64,000 nucleotides of DNA, from NCBI GenBank assembly GCA_964014485.1, contig CAXHAT010000009.1, positions 9,974 through 73,973 on the forward strand, read 5' to 3'. A model generated the notes under the pieces. That model was given only the letters and a program-made list of their open reading frames with translations, had not been told where the DNA came from and searched no databases. Made by a program: the position numbers and the translations under genes. Of this stretch, positions 29,130 to 38,016 are shown piece by piece (position 1 is the stretch's first letter; each line of letters starts with the position of its first letter). Source of the stretch: an uncultured Deferribacteres bacterium. GTDB lineage: Bacteria > Zhuqueibacterota > Zhuqueibacteria > Zhuqueibacterales > Geothermadaptataceae.

Positions 29130-29900
29130 TTGAATTCAAAAAACGAAGAACTCTACGTCGGCTACATTGACAAAGCGCCTGTTGGAATCGGTCGATTTAT
29201 TAAGAAATTCACGCTTCTGTTGATCGTTGCTGCGCCGATTCTCTCTTTTATTCTCGTTTTTGCGCAAAACCAATTTTACCCCGTCGTTTTTGAATTTTTG
29301 AATTATCGCACTTTCGAAGGAACGGTCATAGAAAAACCGTTTCCGATGCTGTTGGTTCAGCGTCCAGGCGAAAACGGCAATGCAACTGACGCCTCGCAAT
29401 ATTTCCTGGTCGCCGAAGGCAAGATTGGAGCGCAGGAAATGACCGCCGGACTTTCGGGCAAAAGAGTCTCGCTCGAAGGCGCGCTGATTTACCGCGATAA
29501 TCAGACGATAATCGAAGTCAAGCCCAACACGTTGAAGGAAGTTTCGAGCGCTGGCGCCGCGTCCAGCACCGGCGAATCGATGCAGTTGGGAACCGTGACG
29601 CTGGTTGGCGAAATTGTTGACAGCAAATGTTTTTTCGGCGTGATGAATCCCGGCAATTTGAAAGTCCATCGATCTTGCGCCGTGCGCTGCATCAGCGGCG
29701 GCATACCTCCGGTTTTCGCGGTAAAATCAACGCAAGGCGAAACGCATTATTTTTTGCTGACCGGAACGCAGGGCGAGGCAATCAACGACAAAATTCTCGA
29801 CCGCATCGCCGAACCGCTTGAAATTAGCGGCGAACTTGTCTCGAACGGCGATAAGTTTGTATTCAAAGCCGCGCCAGAAAACTACCGTCGATTGGACTAA
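29130..29900 (+). CDS. Membrane-anchored hypothetical protein with a C-x12-H-x2-C-x3-C motif
   Basis: One TM segment and GEIVDSKCFFGVMNPGNLKVHRSCAVRCISGGIPP. TTG start with GGAG RBS. Confidence 0.8.
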   Translation: MNSKNEELYVGYIDKAPVGIGRFIKKFTLLLIVAAPILSFILVFAQNQFYPVVFEFLNYRTFEGTVIEKPFPMLLVQRPGENGNATDASQYFLVAEGKIGAQEMTAGLSGKRVSLEGALIYRDNQTIIEVKPNTLKEVSSAGAASSTGESMQLGTVTLVGEIVDSKCFFGVMNPGNLKVHRSCAVRCISGGIPPVFAVKSTQGETHYFLLTGTQGEAINDKILDRIAEPLEISGELVSNGDKFVFKAAPENYRRLD

Positions 29901-29948
29901 TCGCCCAAAAATGTTACGAGCGCGGTCTCGTCCCACATTCCCAAAACC

Positions 29949-30839
29949 ATGTCTGACGCGAAAACAGAAAAAATTTCCTTGCGCAACATCTTCGCTCGAT
30001 TTCGCGCAAAGATTATTCTAACTTGGTTTTTGGTCATTTGTGAAGCCGGGCTTTTATTGCTGTTTCCGCTATTCATCGGAATCGCCATCGATGATTTTTT
30101 GGCGGATTCCTATCTTGGCTTGGTGCAGTTGGCTGGAATCGGCTTGCTTTCGCTCATCGTCGGCGCAGGGCGCAGATTCTATGACACGCGCGCCTACGCC
30201 AACATCTACACGACCATCGCGCCGGAGTTGGTTGAAAAAGAGAAAAAACGCGATGCATCGGTTTCCGTGGTTTCCGCCAGGGCTGGGCTGGCAACGGAAT
30301 TTGTTGAGTTCTTTGAAAATTCTTTTCCGGAAATTATCAACAGCATCATCGCCCTCGGCGGCGCTTTGCTTATCATTCTGTTTCTCAATTTTAAAATTTT
30401 CATCGCTTGTTTGATCGTTACGGCGGTCATAGGTTTGATTTATTCGCTGACAAGCACCAAGACTTACCGTTTAAACAGGGGCTACAATGCGGAATTGGAA
30501 AAGCGCGTTAAAGTGTTGGAACAAGGCGATAAAAACGGCGTCGTCGGTCATTTCAAGAATGTGATGCGCTGGAACATCCGTCTTTCCGATTTGGAAACAA
30601 CAAATTTTTCTTTGAGCTGGGTCTTTCTGATCGGCGTTTTGCTGTACGCTATTGTCGCGATTATCGAAAGCGGCGTGACGGCACACGGCAAAGTTTTTTC
30701 TATCTTAATGTATGTTTTTAATTATATTGAGAGCGTTATTACTATGCCGCTCTTCTATCAACAGTTTGTCCGGCTAAAGGAAATTTCGCATCGTCTGGAA
30801 GGCTTGGATGAGCGGCAAACACCTCAACAAGACATTTAA
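29949..30839 (+). CDS. ABC transporter six-TM domain protein (no NBD)
   Basis: Six hydrophobic helices; RRFYDTR.Y and EFVEFFE motifs. Confidence 0.75.
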   Translation: MSDAKTEKISLRNIFARFRAKIILTWFLVICEAGLLLLFPLFIGIAIDDFLADSYLGLVQLAGIGLLSLIVGAGRRFYDTRAYANIYTTIAPELVEKEKKRDASVSVVSARAGLATEFVEFFENSFPEIINSIIALGGALLIILFLNFKIFIACLIVTAVIGLIYSLTSTKTYRLNRGYNAELEKRVKVLEQGDKNGVVGHFKNVMRWNIRLSDLETTNFSLSWVFLIGVLLYAIVAIIESGVTAHGKVFSILMYVFNYIESVITMPLFYQQFVRLKEISHRLEGLDERQTPQQDI

Positions 30840-30869
30840 TCTGGCCTTCGAACAACAACCGGCATCACC

Positions 30870-31652
30870 ATGACAAAGCACGATTTTCCACAGATTGTTC
30901 AAGCCCCGGAAAACACGCTTGAAGAAAAAAAATACCTGGTTCGCTTCGCGCAGAACTCTGAGGATGTGGACGCAGTGCTCAGGTTACGCTTCGAGGTTTT
31001 CAATCTTGAACTTGGCGAAGGGTTGGATGAATCCTTCGAAACGGAGCGCGATCAGGATCGCTTCGATTTTAGCTGTCATCACCTCATGGTGATTGAGCGC
31101 AAAACCGGAAACGTCATCGGCACTTATCGGATGCAGACGCAAGAAATGGCGGCGACGGGGAACGGTTTTTATACTGCGACCGAGTATGATTTGACGCAAA
31201 TGCCGGATGCAATTCTGAATGGCGTCGTCGAAGTTGGACGTGCATGCATCGCCAAGGCCCACCGCAACGGACGCGTGCTGTTTCTGCTATGGCGAGGTTT
31301 GGCGGCGTACATGTCCTTGTTTAAAAAACAGTTTCTTTTTGGCTGCTGTTCTCTGACCAGTCAAGACCCGCATGAAGGCAAGCAAGTGATGGATTATTTG
31401 CAAAATCGCGGGCATGTACGAGATGATTTCGCGGTTCCGGCGCTGCCCGGCTACGCTTGTTATGAAGAAAGTTTTATAAGCGAAAAGCAGATCAGAATTA
31501 AGATTCCAAAACTCTTCAAACTTTACCTGAACCTGGGGGCCAAAGTCTGCGGCCCTCCTGTCATTGACCGGCAGTTCAAAACAATCGATTATCTTGTCAT
31601 CCTTGATATAAAAACAATGGACAATCGAACCCGGACGATGTATTTTGGGTAA
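30870..31652 (+). CDS. GNAT N-acyltransferase, OlsB-like (N-acyl amino acid synthase)
   Basis: LRLRFEVF, D.DRFD..CHHL, VEVGRAC, LFGCCS and PKL...YL.LGA..CGPP..D..F..D motifs. Confidence 0.85.
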   Translation: MTKHDFPQIVQAPENTLEEKKYLVRFAQNSEDVDAVLRLRFEVFNLELGEGLDESFETERDQDRFDFSCHHLMVIERKTGNVIGTYRMQTQEMAATGNGFYTATEYDLTQMPDAILNGVVEVGRACIAKAHRNGRVLFLLWRGLAAYMSLFKKQFLFGCCSLTSQDPHEGKQVMDYLQNRGHVRDDFAVPALPGYACYEESFISEKQIRIKIPKLFKLYLNLGAKVCGPPVIDRQFKTIDYLVILDIKTMDNRTRTMYFG

Positions 31653-31885
31653 CTGATGTTACGCGTCTGCCAATAATCCATGCCGTAGCCTGGTTCTTGG
31701 CTGCGTCGAATAGTGCAATTGAGATTAAAGCTGTTTGACCCAAAAAACGTTTTTCAAGGTCATTCCTACAGAGGCAAAAATCCAGTGGTCATGCACCATT
31801 TTCTGGATTCCTGCCTCCGCAGAATGACAGGTACAGCAAAGTTCTTAGTCAAATGCCATATCCTTGGCCAGCTGCGTAACATCAG
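31653..31885. mobile_element. MITE family D, copy 3 (same ends, different interior)
   Basis: CTGATGTTACGC / GCGTAACATCAG ends. Perfect duplication TGGGTAA (31646-31652, 31886-31892). Interior GTCATTCC...CTGGATTCCTGCCTCCGCAGAATGAC. Confidence 0.85.
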
Positions 31886-31926
31886 TGGGTAACTTTAAAA
31901 TCCTGTTTCAATAACCCGCGCACTTC

Positions 31927-32700
31927 ATGCGAACGCTTCGAGCCCTTTGGCGCATTCTTGCCTTTGTCGTTGTAAATCTCACACTCCTGCTCATTTTCCT
32001 GCTTGTGAAATTGTTCATTTTCAACAATCCTGATCGCTATACGCGCTGGCGCAAATTCATGGTCAGAATTTGGGCGCAAAGCATCGCCTGGATTTTTAAC
32101 GCCACTGTCGTTGTTGAAGGAAAACGGCCCAAAGCGCCTTATTTTCTCGTCTCAAATCATTTAAGTTACTTCGACATAATCGCCTATTATACGCAATTGC
32201 AGTGTATTTTCGTGGCCAGAGCGGATGTAAGAAACTGGCCTTTTTTTGGCGTGCTGACACGGTCCGTCAATACGCTCTTTATCGATCGCACGCTCAAGAA
32301 AGACGTGGTGCGCGTCAATAAACTGATCGACGAGGCGATGGACAAATTTGGCGGCGTGATGTTTTTTCCGGAGGGAACAAGCACCAAAGGCGAAGAATTA
32401 GCTCCTTTCAAGGCGCCGCTGTTCGAAATGGCGGCGAAGCGAGAAGCCCCCGTCTCTTGTGCATATTTACGGTACGACGGCAGTTCAAAAGATGCGCCGC
32501 CGCATCGCACAATCTGCTGGTGGGACGACACGTCGTTTCCGCTTCACGTCTGGCGCTTACTCAAGACCACAAAAATCGTCGCGACCATTTCTTTTATACC
32601 TGGAACCATCAAATCGAACGACCGTAAAGTGCTGGCGCGCGAGACGTTCGAAAAAATTCAACAAAATTTTAAGCCGACATTCATCACGGAGTCTTCATGA
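31927..32700 (+). CDS. Lysophospholipid acyltransferase family protein (PlsC/OlsA-like)
   Basis: NHLSYFD (HxxxxD), FIDR and FFPEGT motifs. Confidence 0.9.
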   Translation: MRTLRALWRILAFVVVNLTLLLIFLLVKLFIFNNPDRYTRWRKFMVRIWAQSIAWIFNATVVVEGKRPKAPYFLVSNHLSYFDIIAYYTQLQCIFVARADVRNWPFFGVLTRSVNTLFIDRTLKKDVVRVNKLIDEAMDKFGGVMFFPEGTSTKGEELAPFKAPLFEMAAKREAPVSCAYLRYDGSSKDAPPHRTICWWDDTSFPLHVWRLLKTTKIVATISFIPGTIKSNDRKVLARETFEKIQQNFKPTFITESS

Positions 32701-33227
32701 ACTGCGAAAAACTGATTCACGAAAATATCGTCTTTTTGCAGCAAGGCGCCGACTTGCTGAATTCGATAGACGACCGCATTTACAACAAAACCGATTCAAC
32801 TTGTTATGCCAGCGGAATCGGCAAGCATATTCGGCACAATCTCGATCATTTCGACAATTTCCTCACGGGATTGCCGAAAAGCGCGATTGACTATGACGCG
32901 CGTTTGCGCGATAAAAACACGGAAAACAGCCGGGGCGTCGCCGCTTCGAGAATAAAAAAAATCATCTCCCGCCTTGAAAAACTCACGGCCGCCGACCCAA
33001 GCCTAAAATTGCGCGTTGACATGAATCGAGAAGGCGACCGAATGAACTGGACTGAATCGACGCTGGCGCGCGAGCTGCAATTTCTCATCAGCCACACCGT
33101 TCATCACTACGCCATCATCGCAATGATCCTCAAGATTCAAGGCGTCGATCTTCAGATTTCAGGATTCGGCGTAGCGCCATCAACGCTGAAATATGAGCGC
33201 GGCACACCCAGCGCCGAAGCTGCTTAA
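32697..33227 (+). CDS. DinB family protein
   Basis: IGKHIRH..DH, YDAR.R, REL.FL.SHTVHH and FGVAPST motifs. ATGA overlap with the upstream gene. Confidence 0.82.
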   Translation: MNCEKLIHENIVFLQQGADLLNSIDDRIYNKTDSTCYASGIGKHIRHNLDHFDNFLTGLPKSAIDYDARLRDKNTENSRGVAASRIKKIISRLEKLTAADPSLKLRVDMNREGDRMNWTESTLARELQFLISHTVHHYAIIAMILKIQGVDLQISGFGVAPSTLKYERGTPSAEAA

Positions 33228-33242
33228 GGTCACTGATAGTTC

Positions 33243-35849
33243 ATGATCCCAAAAATCCTCCGGTTTGCACGGCGACATTGGTTTCTCACTGGCTATAGCC
33301 TTTTGTTATTGTTTTCACACGTTTACCGAACATTTCAGCAAGCGCCGGTTTCCTATCCCGCAGAAAAGAAAATCACGGAAGTGCGCGTCGTTGATCAGGG
33401 CAAGCGTTTGGAAAGAACGGCTTTTTTTGCCTGGCGCGAATATTCACCCGCCGCCGTTGACAGCCTACCAATTGTCATTTTGCTTCACGGCAGCCCGATG
33501 GGGTCGGAAACATTCGACAACCTCGGGCCGGAATTAGGGAAAAATTTTCGCACCTTTTCCCTCGACCTTCCCGGATTTGGCCACTCGACGCGCAACCTCC
33601 CCGACTACTCAATTTCCGCCCACGGCGATTACGTTTTGCAATTTATGCAGCAAAACGACTTGCCCGCCGCACACATTGTCGGCTATAGCATGGGCGGCGG
33701 CGTAGCGCTTCATCTCGGCGAGTCAGCGCCGGATCGTGTACGTTCTCTCACCATGCTCTCCGCCATCGGCGTGCAAGAAATGGAGTTGCTTGGCAATTTC
33801 CACATGAACCGCAGCGTCCATGCCGCACAATACGCCGCGCTCTGGCTCTTACTGGAAGTCACGCCGCATTTCGGGCTGTTTGATGGCAGCATGTTGAACC
33901 TGCAATATGCTCGAAACTTCTACGACACCGATCAACGGCCATTGCGTCGGCTGCTCCAGAATTGGCAGGGCCCGATGCTTATCCAGCACGGCGAAACAGA
34001 TCGTTTTGTATCATTCGCGGTTGCAAAGGAACACCATCGAATTGTGCCGCAGAGCGAATTAGCCGTCTACCAAATCGGACACAATCTGGCATTTTCAAGC
34101 CGCGGCTGGCCCCAAGTCGCGCGTGATTTGGTTCAATTTATTCGAAAAGTTGAACAAGGCGAAGCGCAATCGCGAGCGACAGCCGATCCTGCTCGAATAA
34201 GCGCAGCGGCGGAACCGTTTGATCCGGCGGTCATCCCCCCGGCTCAAGGAATTACCTGGCTGGTCATCGTATTGCTCATTGCCGTCGCGACGCTTATCAG
34301 CGAAGACCTGGCCTGCATTGGCGCCGGCCTGCTTGTCACCCAGGGCGTGCTCAGCTTTTTCAGCGGGTCGGCGGCGGCCTTCATGGGCATTTTCTGGGGC
34401 GATCTCCTGCTTTATTGGGCGGGAAAATATTTTGGCGGGCCAATGCTCAACAAGGCGCCACTAAAATGGATGGTCAAGAAAAGCGACATTGAAAAAAGCG
34501 CCCGCTGGTTTGAAATGCGCGGCCCGGCCATTATCATCGCCAGTCGCTTTTTGCCCGGGAGCCGCCTGCCGACCTATGTCGCCGCCGGAATTTTGCAAAT
34601 GGGATTTTGGCAGTTCGCCTTTTATCTCTTTGTCGCTGGCGTCGTCTGGACGCCCATTCTCGTTTGGCTGGCCATGGCGCTGGGCCAGCAGCTTTTTGAA
34701 CTCTTCGACGTCTACCAAAAATACGCCCTGCCGACGCTCATCGGCGTGATCATTCTCATCTATCTTGTTTTTAAACTTATCGTTCCGATGCTGACGCACA
34801 AGGGTCGCCGTTTGCTTCTCTCCAAGTGGCACAGAACAACGCGCTGGGAATTTTGGCCGCCCTGGATTTTCTACGTCCCCGTGGTTTTCTACATCATCTA
34901 CTTGAGCATAAAACATCGCAGCCTCACGCTTTTTACTGCTGCAAATCCAGGCATTCCGGAAAGCGGGTTTGTTGGAGAATCAAAATCCAAAATCCTGCGC
35001 AAACTCGAAAACGCCGGGGAATTCGTCGCACGTTTTTTCCTAATACCAAACAATTTGCATCCCAACGAACGCATCGAATACGCCGAACGATTTATGGGCG
35101 ACCACAGCTACGATTTTCCCATCGTGCTCAAACCCGACTCGGGCGAACGCGGCGAAGGCGTGGCGGTTGTTCGTTCAAAATACGAGCTGTCGAAATATTT
35201 GAGAGCGATTGAGCAGGACACGATCATTCAAGAATATGCACCCGGCGAAGAATTCGGCGTGTTTTATATTCGCCGCCCCGGCGAGGAAAAGGGGATGATT
35301 TTTTCAATTACCGACAAACGTTTTCCAACTGTCGTCGGCGACGGGCGGACGGAACTGGAAAGGCTGATTATCGATCACAAGCGCGCCGTTTCAATGGCGA
35401 GTTTCTATTTGGAAAAGCACCGCGAAAACTTGCACATGATTCTTCCCGAAGGCGAGCGATTGCAGTTGGTGGAGTTAGGCACACATTGCCGCGGCGCGCT
35501 CTTTTTGGACGGCGCACAGCTCATTACGCCTGCGTTAGAAATCAAAATCGACAAAATAAGCCGGCAATTCGAAGGTTTCTATTTTGGACGTTACGACATC
35601 CGTACGCCCTCACTGGAAGATTTTAAAAATGGTCGGAATTTCAAAATCGTTGAATTGAACGGCGTGACCTCCGAAGCGACGAATATTTACGACCCCAAGA
35701 ATTCTCTCACATCGGCGTATCGCACGCTCATGATGCAATGGAGAGCCGCGTTTGAAATTGGAGAACTCAACCGGCAAAACGGCCATCATCCAGCAACAAT
35801 CTCTCGAATTGTCATACTGCTCAAGGCGCGCTTTTTCTCCGACGCTTGA
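33243..35849 (+). CDS. Fusion of alpha/beta hydrolase + DedA/VTT membrane domain + ATP-grasp ligase
   Basis: Hydrolase: HGSP, GYSMGG, HGETD, GH. DedA: SEDLAC, GDLLLY, SRFLPG. ATP-grasp: WEFWP, KPDSGERGEG, IIQEY, GRYD, ELNG. Confidence 0.85.
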   Translation: MIPKILRFARRHWFLTGYSLLLLFSHVYRTFQQAPVSYPAEKKITEVRVVDQGKRLERTAFFAWREYSPAAVDSLPIVILLHGSPMGSETFDNLGPELGKNFRTFSLDLPGFGHSTRNLPDYSISAHGDYVLQFMQQNDLPAAHIVGYSMGGGVALHLGESAPDRVRSLTMLSAIGVQEMELLGNFHMNRSVHAAQYAALWLLLEVTPHFGLFDGSMLNLQYARNFYDTDQRPLRRLLQNWQGPMLIQHGETDRFVSFAVAKEHHRIVPQSELAVYQIGHNLAFSSRGWPQVARDLVQFIRKVEQGEAQSRATADPARISAAAEPFDPAVIPPAQGITWLVIVLLIAVATLISEDLACIGAGLLVTQGVLSFFSGSAAAFMGIFWGDLLLYWAGKYFGGPMLNKAPLKWMVKKSDIEKSARWFEMRGPAIIIASRFLPGSRLPTYVAAGILQMGFWQFAFYLFVAGVVWTPILVWLAMALGQQLFELFDVYQKYALPTLIGVIILIYLVFKLIVPMLTHKGRRLLLSKWHRTTRWEFWPPWIFYVPVVFYIIYLSIKHRSLTLFTAANPGIPESGFVGESKSKILRKLENAGEFVARFFLIPNNLHPNERIEYAERFMGDHSYDFPIVLKPDSGERGEGVAVVRSKYELSKYLRAIEQDTIIQEYAPGEEFGVFYIRRPGEEKGMIFSITDKRFPTVVGDGRTELERLIIDHKRAVSMASFYLEKHRENLHMILPEGERLQLVELGTHCRGALFLDGAQLITPALEIKIDKISRQFEGFYFGRYDIRTPSLEDFKNGRNFKIVELNGVTSEATNIYDPKNSLTSAYRTLMMQWRAAFEIGELNRQNGHHPATISRIVILLKARFFSDA

Positions 35850-36095
35850 TCTCAGCCTCATCAAACACAGGAAACACTTGTTTTTTAGCTATATTTTCCG
35901 CTTTTTCTCACGCCTTAATTCTCGCCGTTCTCTCGACGAGCAAATCGAATGCTGAATTCGTCCTTTCGGCCCAACCCCGCCCAAAGCACGCGACTTGAGC
36001 AACTTATTCAAATAAAAATTCAGGTAAAGTCAGAGCGCGAAACGCACAATCTTGCTCAAAGCGCTTTTTAGAAATTGATGCCTGAAGGAGTTTTT

Positions 36096-37832
36096 ATGTC
36101 CGAATCTTCTTCAACGCCCCTTGATTTTCAAGGATTTGACCTCCTGCCCCCAATCCTAAAAGCATTGGACGACGTTGGCTATGAAACGCCGTCGCCGATT
36201 CAAGCGCAGACCATCCCGATCATTTTATCCGGCAAGGACGTGATCGGCCAGGCGCAAACCGGGACGGGAAAAACGGCGGCGTTTGCGCTGCCTTTGCTCT
36301 CGCGAATCCAGCTAAAGGAAAAACTGCCGCAGGTTTTGGTGCTCGCGCCAACGCGAGAATTGGCCATTCAGGTTGCGGAGGCGTTTCAACGCTATGCTGC
36401 ACGACTAAAAAACTTTCATGTATTGCCGGTTTACGGCGGTCAAGATTACAGCCTGCAACTACGGCAATTAAAGCGAGGCGTTCATGTTGTCGTCGGCACG
36501 CCCGGGCGGGTTATGGACCACATTCGACGGGGTTCGCTTGAGCTTGAAGGCCTCGATTGTCTCGTGCTCGATGAAGCCGATGAAATGCTACGCATGGGAT
36601 TTCTGGACGATGTTGAGTGGATTCTCGAGCAAACGCCTCCGGAACGACAAATCGCGCTTTTTTCCGCAACGATGCCGCAAGCAATTCGGCGCATCGCGCA
36701 AAAACACCTGCAATCGCCGGAAGAAATTACGATTGAAGCGCAAACGGCCACTGTTGAAACGACCCGGCAACGTTACCTGATCGTCAGCGGGCGGCACAAG
36801 CTGGACGCACTCACACGCTTACTCGAGTCCGAAATCTCTGACGGCATGATCGTTTTTGTGCGAACCAAAACCGCCACAATTGAACTCGCGGAAAAATTGC
36901 AGGCGCGCGGCTATAATTCCGCGGCGCTCAACGGAGACATTAAGCAGAGCCAGCGCGAACGCACGATCGGTCGTTTCAAAAAAGGCGATCTCGACATTTT
37001 GGTCGCGACGGATGTTGCAGCGCGCGGCCTGGACGTGGATCGTGTTAGTCATGTCATCAATTACGACGTGCCGTACGACACCGAATCATACGTGCATCGC
37101 ATTGGCCGCACGGGCAGAGCAGGGCGCTCAGGCGAAGCAGTCTTGTTCATCGCGCCGCGCGAGCAACGGTTGCTCCGTTCCATTGAAAAGGCGACGAATC
37201 AGAAGATTGAGGTGATGCAGCGCCCGTCGACGAGCGCGATTAACGAAATGCGCGTGGCCAATTTTAAGCAGAAAATCACGGACACGCTGGCCAACGGCGA
37301 TCTTGATTTTTTCCGACGCCTGGTGGAGCAGTACCAGCAGGAATATGACGTTCCCATGCAGGAAATCGCCGCCGGGCTTGCGCAACTGGTACAGGGCGAC
37401 CAGCCATTGCTGCTATCCAATAAACCAGAGGCCGACACAAGTTTTCGCGAGGAATCGTCCAAAAAGGGACGTGCGGAATTCAAGCAAAGAGATTCGCTTT
37501 ATCAGCCAGACCAAGGCATGGCGCGTTTTCGCGTTGACGTTGGGCATAAGAACAAGGTAAAGCCCGGCAATATTGTCGGCGCCGTCGCCAACGAAATCGG
37601 TTTAGACCCGGAATTTATTGGTCGAATCAATATTTACAGCCATTTCAGCACGGTTGATTTGCCGGAAGATTTGCCTCGGAATCTGCTGCATATTTTGAAA
37701 AAGGCAAGGGTCGTTGGCAAACCGCTCAACATCGCGCGCATGGACGCCAATGACAAAAAAGCGCAGGAGAAAAAACGCAAGAAATTCAAGAAAAAGAGGA
37801 AAAAGCGTAAAGCAGCGGCGCCGCACAGTTAG
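36096..37832 (+). CDS. deaD: ATP-dependent DEAD-box RNA helicase DeaD/CsdA
   Basis: AQTGTGKT, PTRELA, DEAD, SAT and HRIGRTGRAG motifs and a DbpA-type C-terminal domain. AAGGAG RBS before ATG 36096. Confidence 0.93.
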   Translation: MSESSSTPLDFQGFDLLPPILKALDDVGYETPSPIQAQTIPIILSGKDVIGQAQTGTGKTAAFALPLLSRIQLKEKLPQVLVLAPTRELAIQVAEAFQRYAARLKNFHVLPVYGGQDYSLQLRQLKRGVHVVVGTPGRVMDHIRRGSLELEGLDCLVLDEADEMLRMGFLDDVEWILEQTPPERQIALFSATMPQAIRRIAQKHLQSPEEITIEAQTATVETTRQRYLIVSGRHKLDALTRLLESEISDGMIVFVRTKTATIELAEKLQARGYNSAALNGDIKQSQRERTIGRFKKGDLDILVATDVAARGLDVDRVSHVINYDVPYDTESYVHRIGRTGRAGRSGEAVLFIAPREQRLLRSIEKATNQKIEVMQRPSTSAINEMRVANFKQKITDTLANGDLDFFRRLVEQYQQEYDVPMQEIAAGLAQLVQGDQPLLLSNKPEADTSFREESSKKGRAEFKQRDSLYQPDQGMARFRVDVGHKNKVKPGNIVGAVANEIGLDPEFIGRINIYSHFSTVDLPEDLPRNLLHILKKARVVGKPLNIARMDANDKKAQEKKRKKFKKKRKKRKAAAPHS

Positions 37833-37877
37833 AAAGGTGAGATGGAGTGCATGGCTTGCTATTCCGTCGAGTTAAAG

Positions 37878-37996
37878 GGGGCTGTCCAAAAACATAATAT
37901 TTTATGGCGTCACACAACATATCGTAGGAGTTCAAGATTTTGCACCCCTACATATAGTATGTCTCTCATTCGCAAACCATGCTTTGAGACAGCCCC
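37878..37996. mobile_element. MITE family B (reverse orientation)
   Basis: GGGGCTGTCCAAAAACAT / ATGCTTTGAGACAGCCCC ends. Core GTAGGAGTTCAAGATTTTGCACCCCTAC. Confidence 0.8.
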
Positions 37997-38016
37997 ACTC
38001 TTTGTTCCGCGACGAC

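Noticed and set aside
35850..36095. Riboswitch/ncRNA in the long deaD leader
   Set aside because: No recognisable conserved motif by eye. An Rfam/Infernal scan would be needed.
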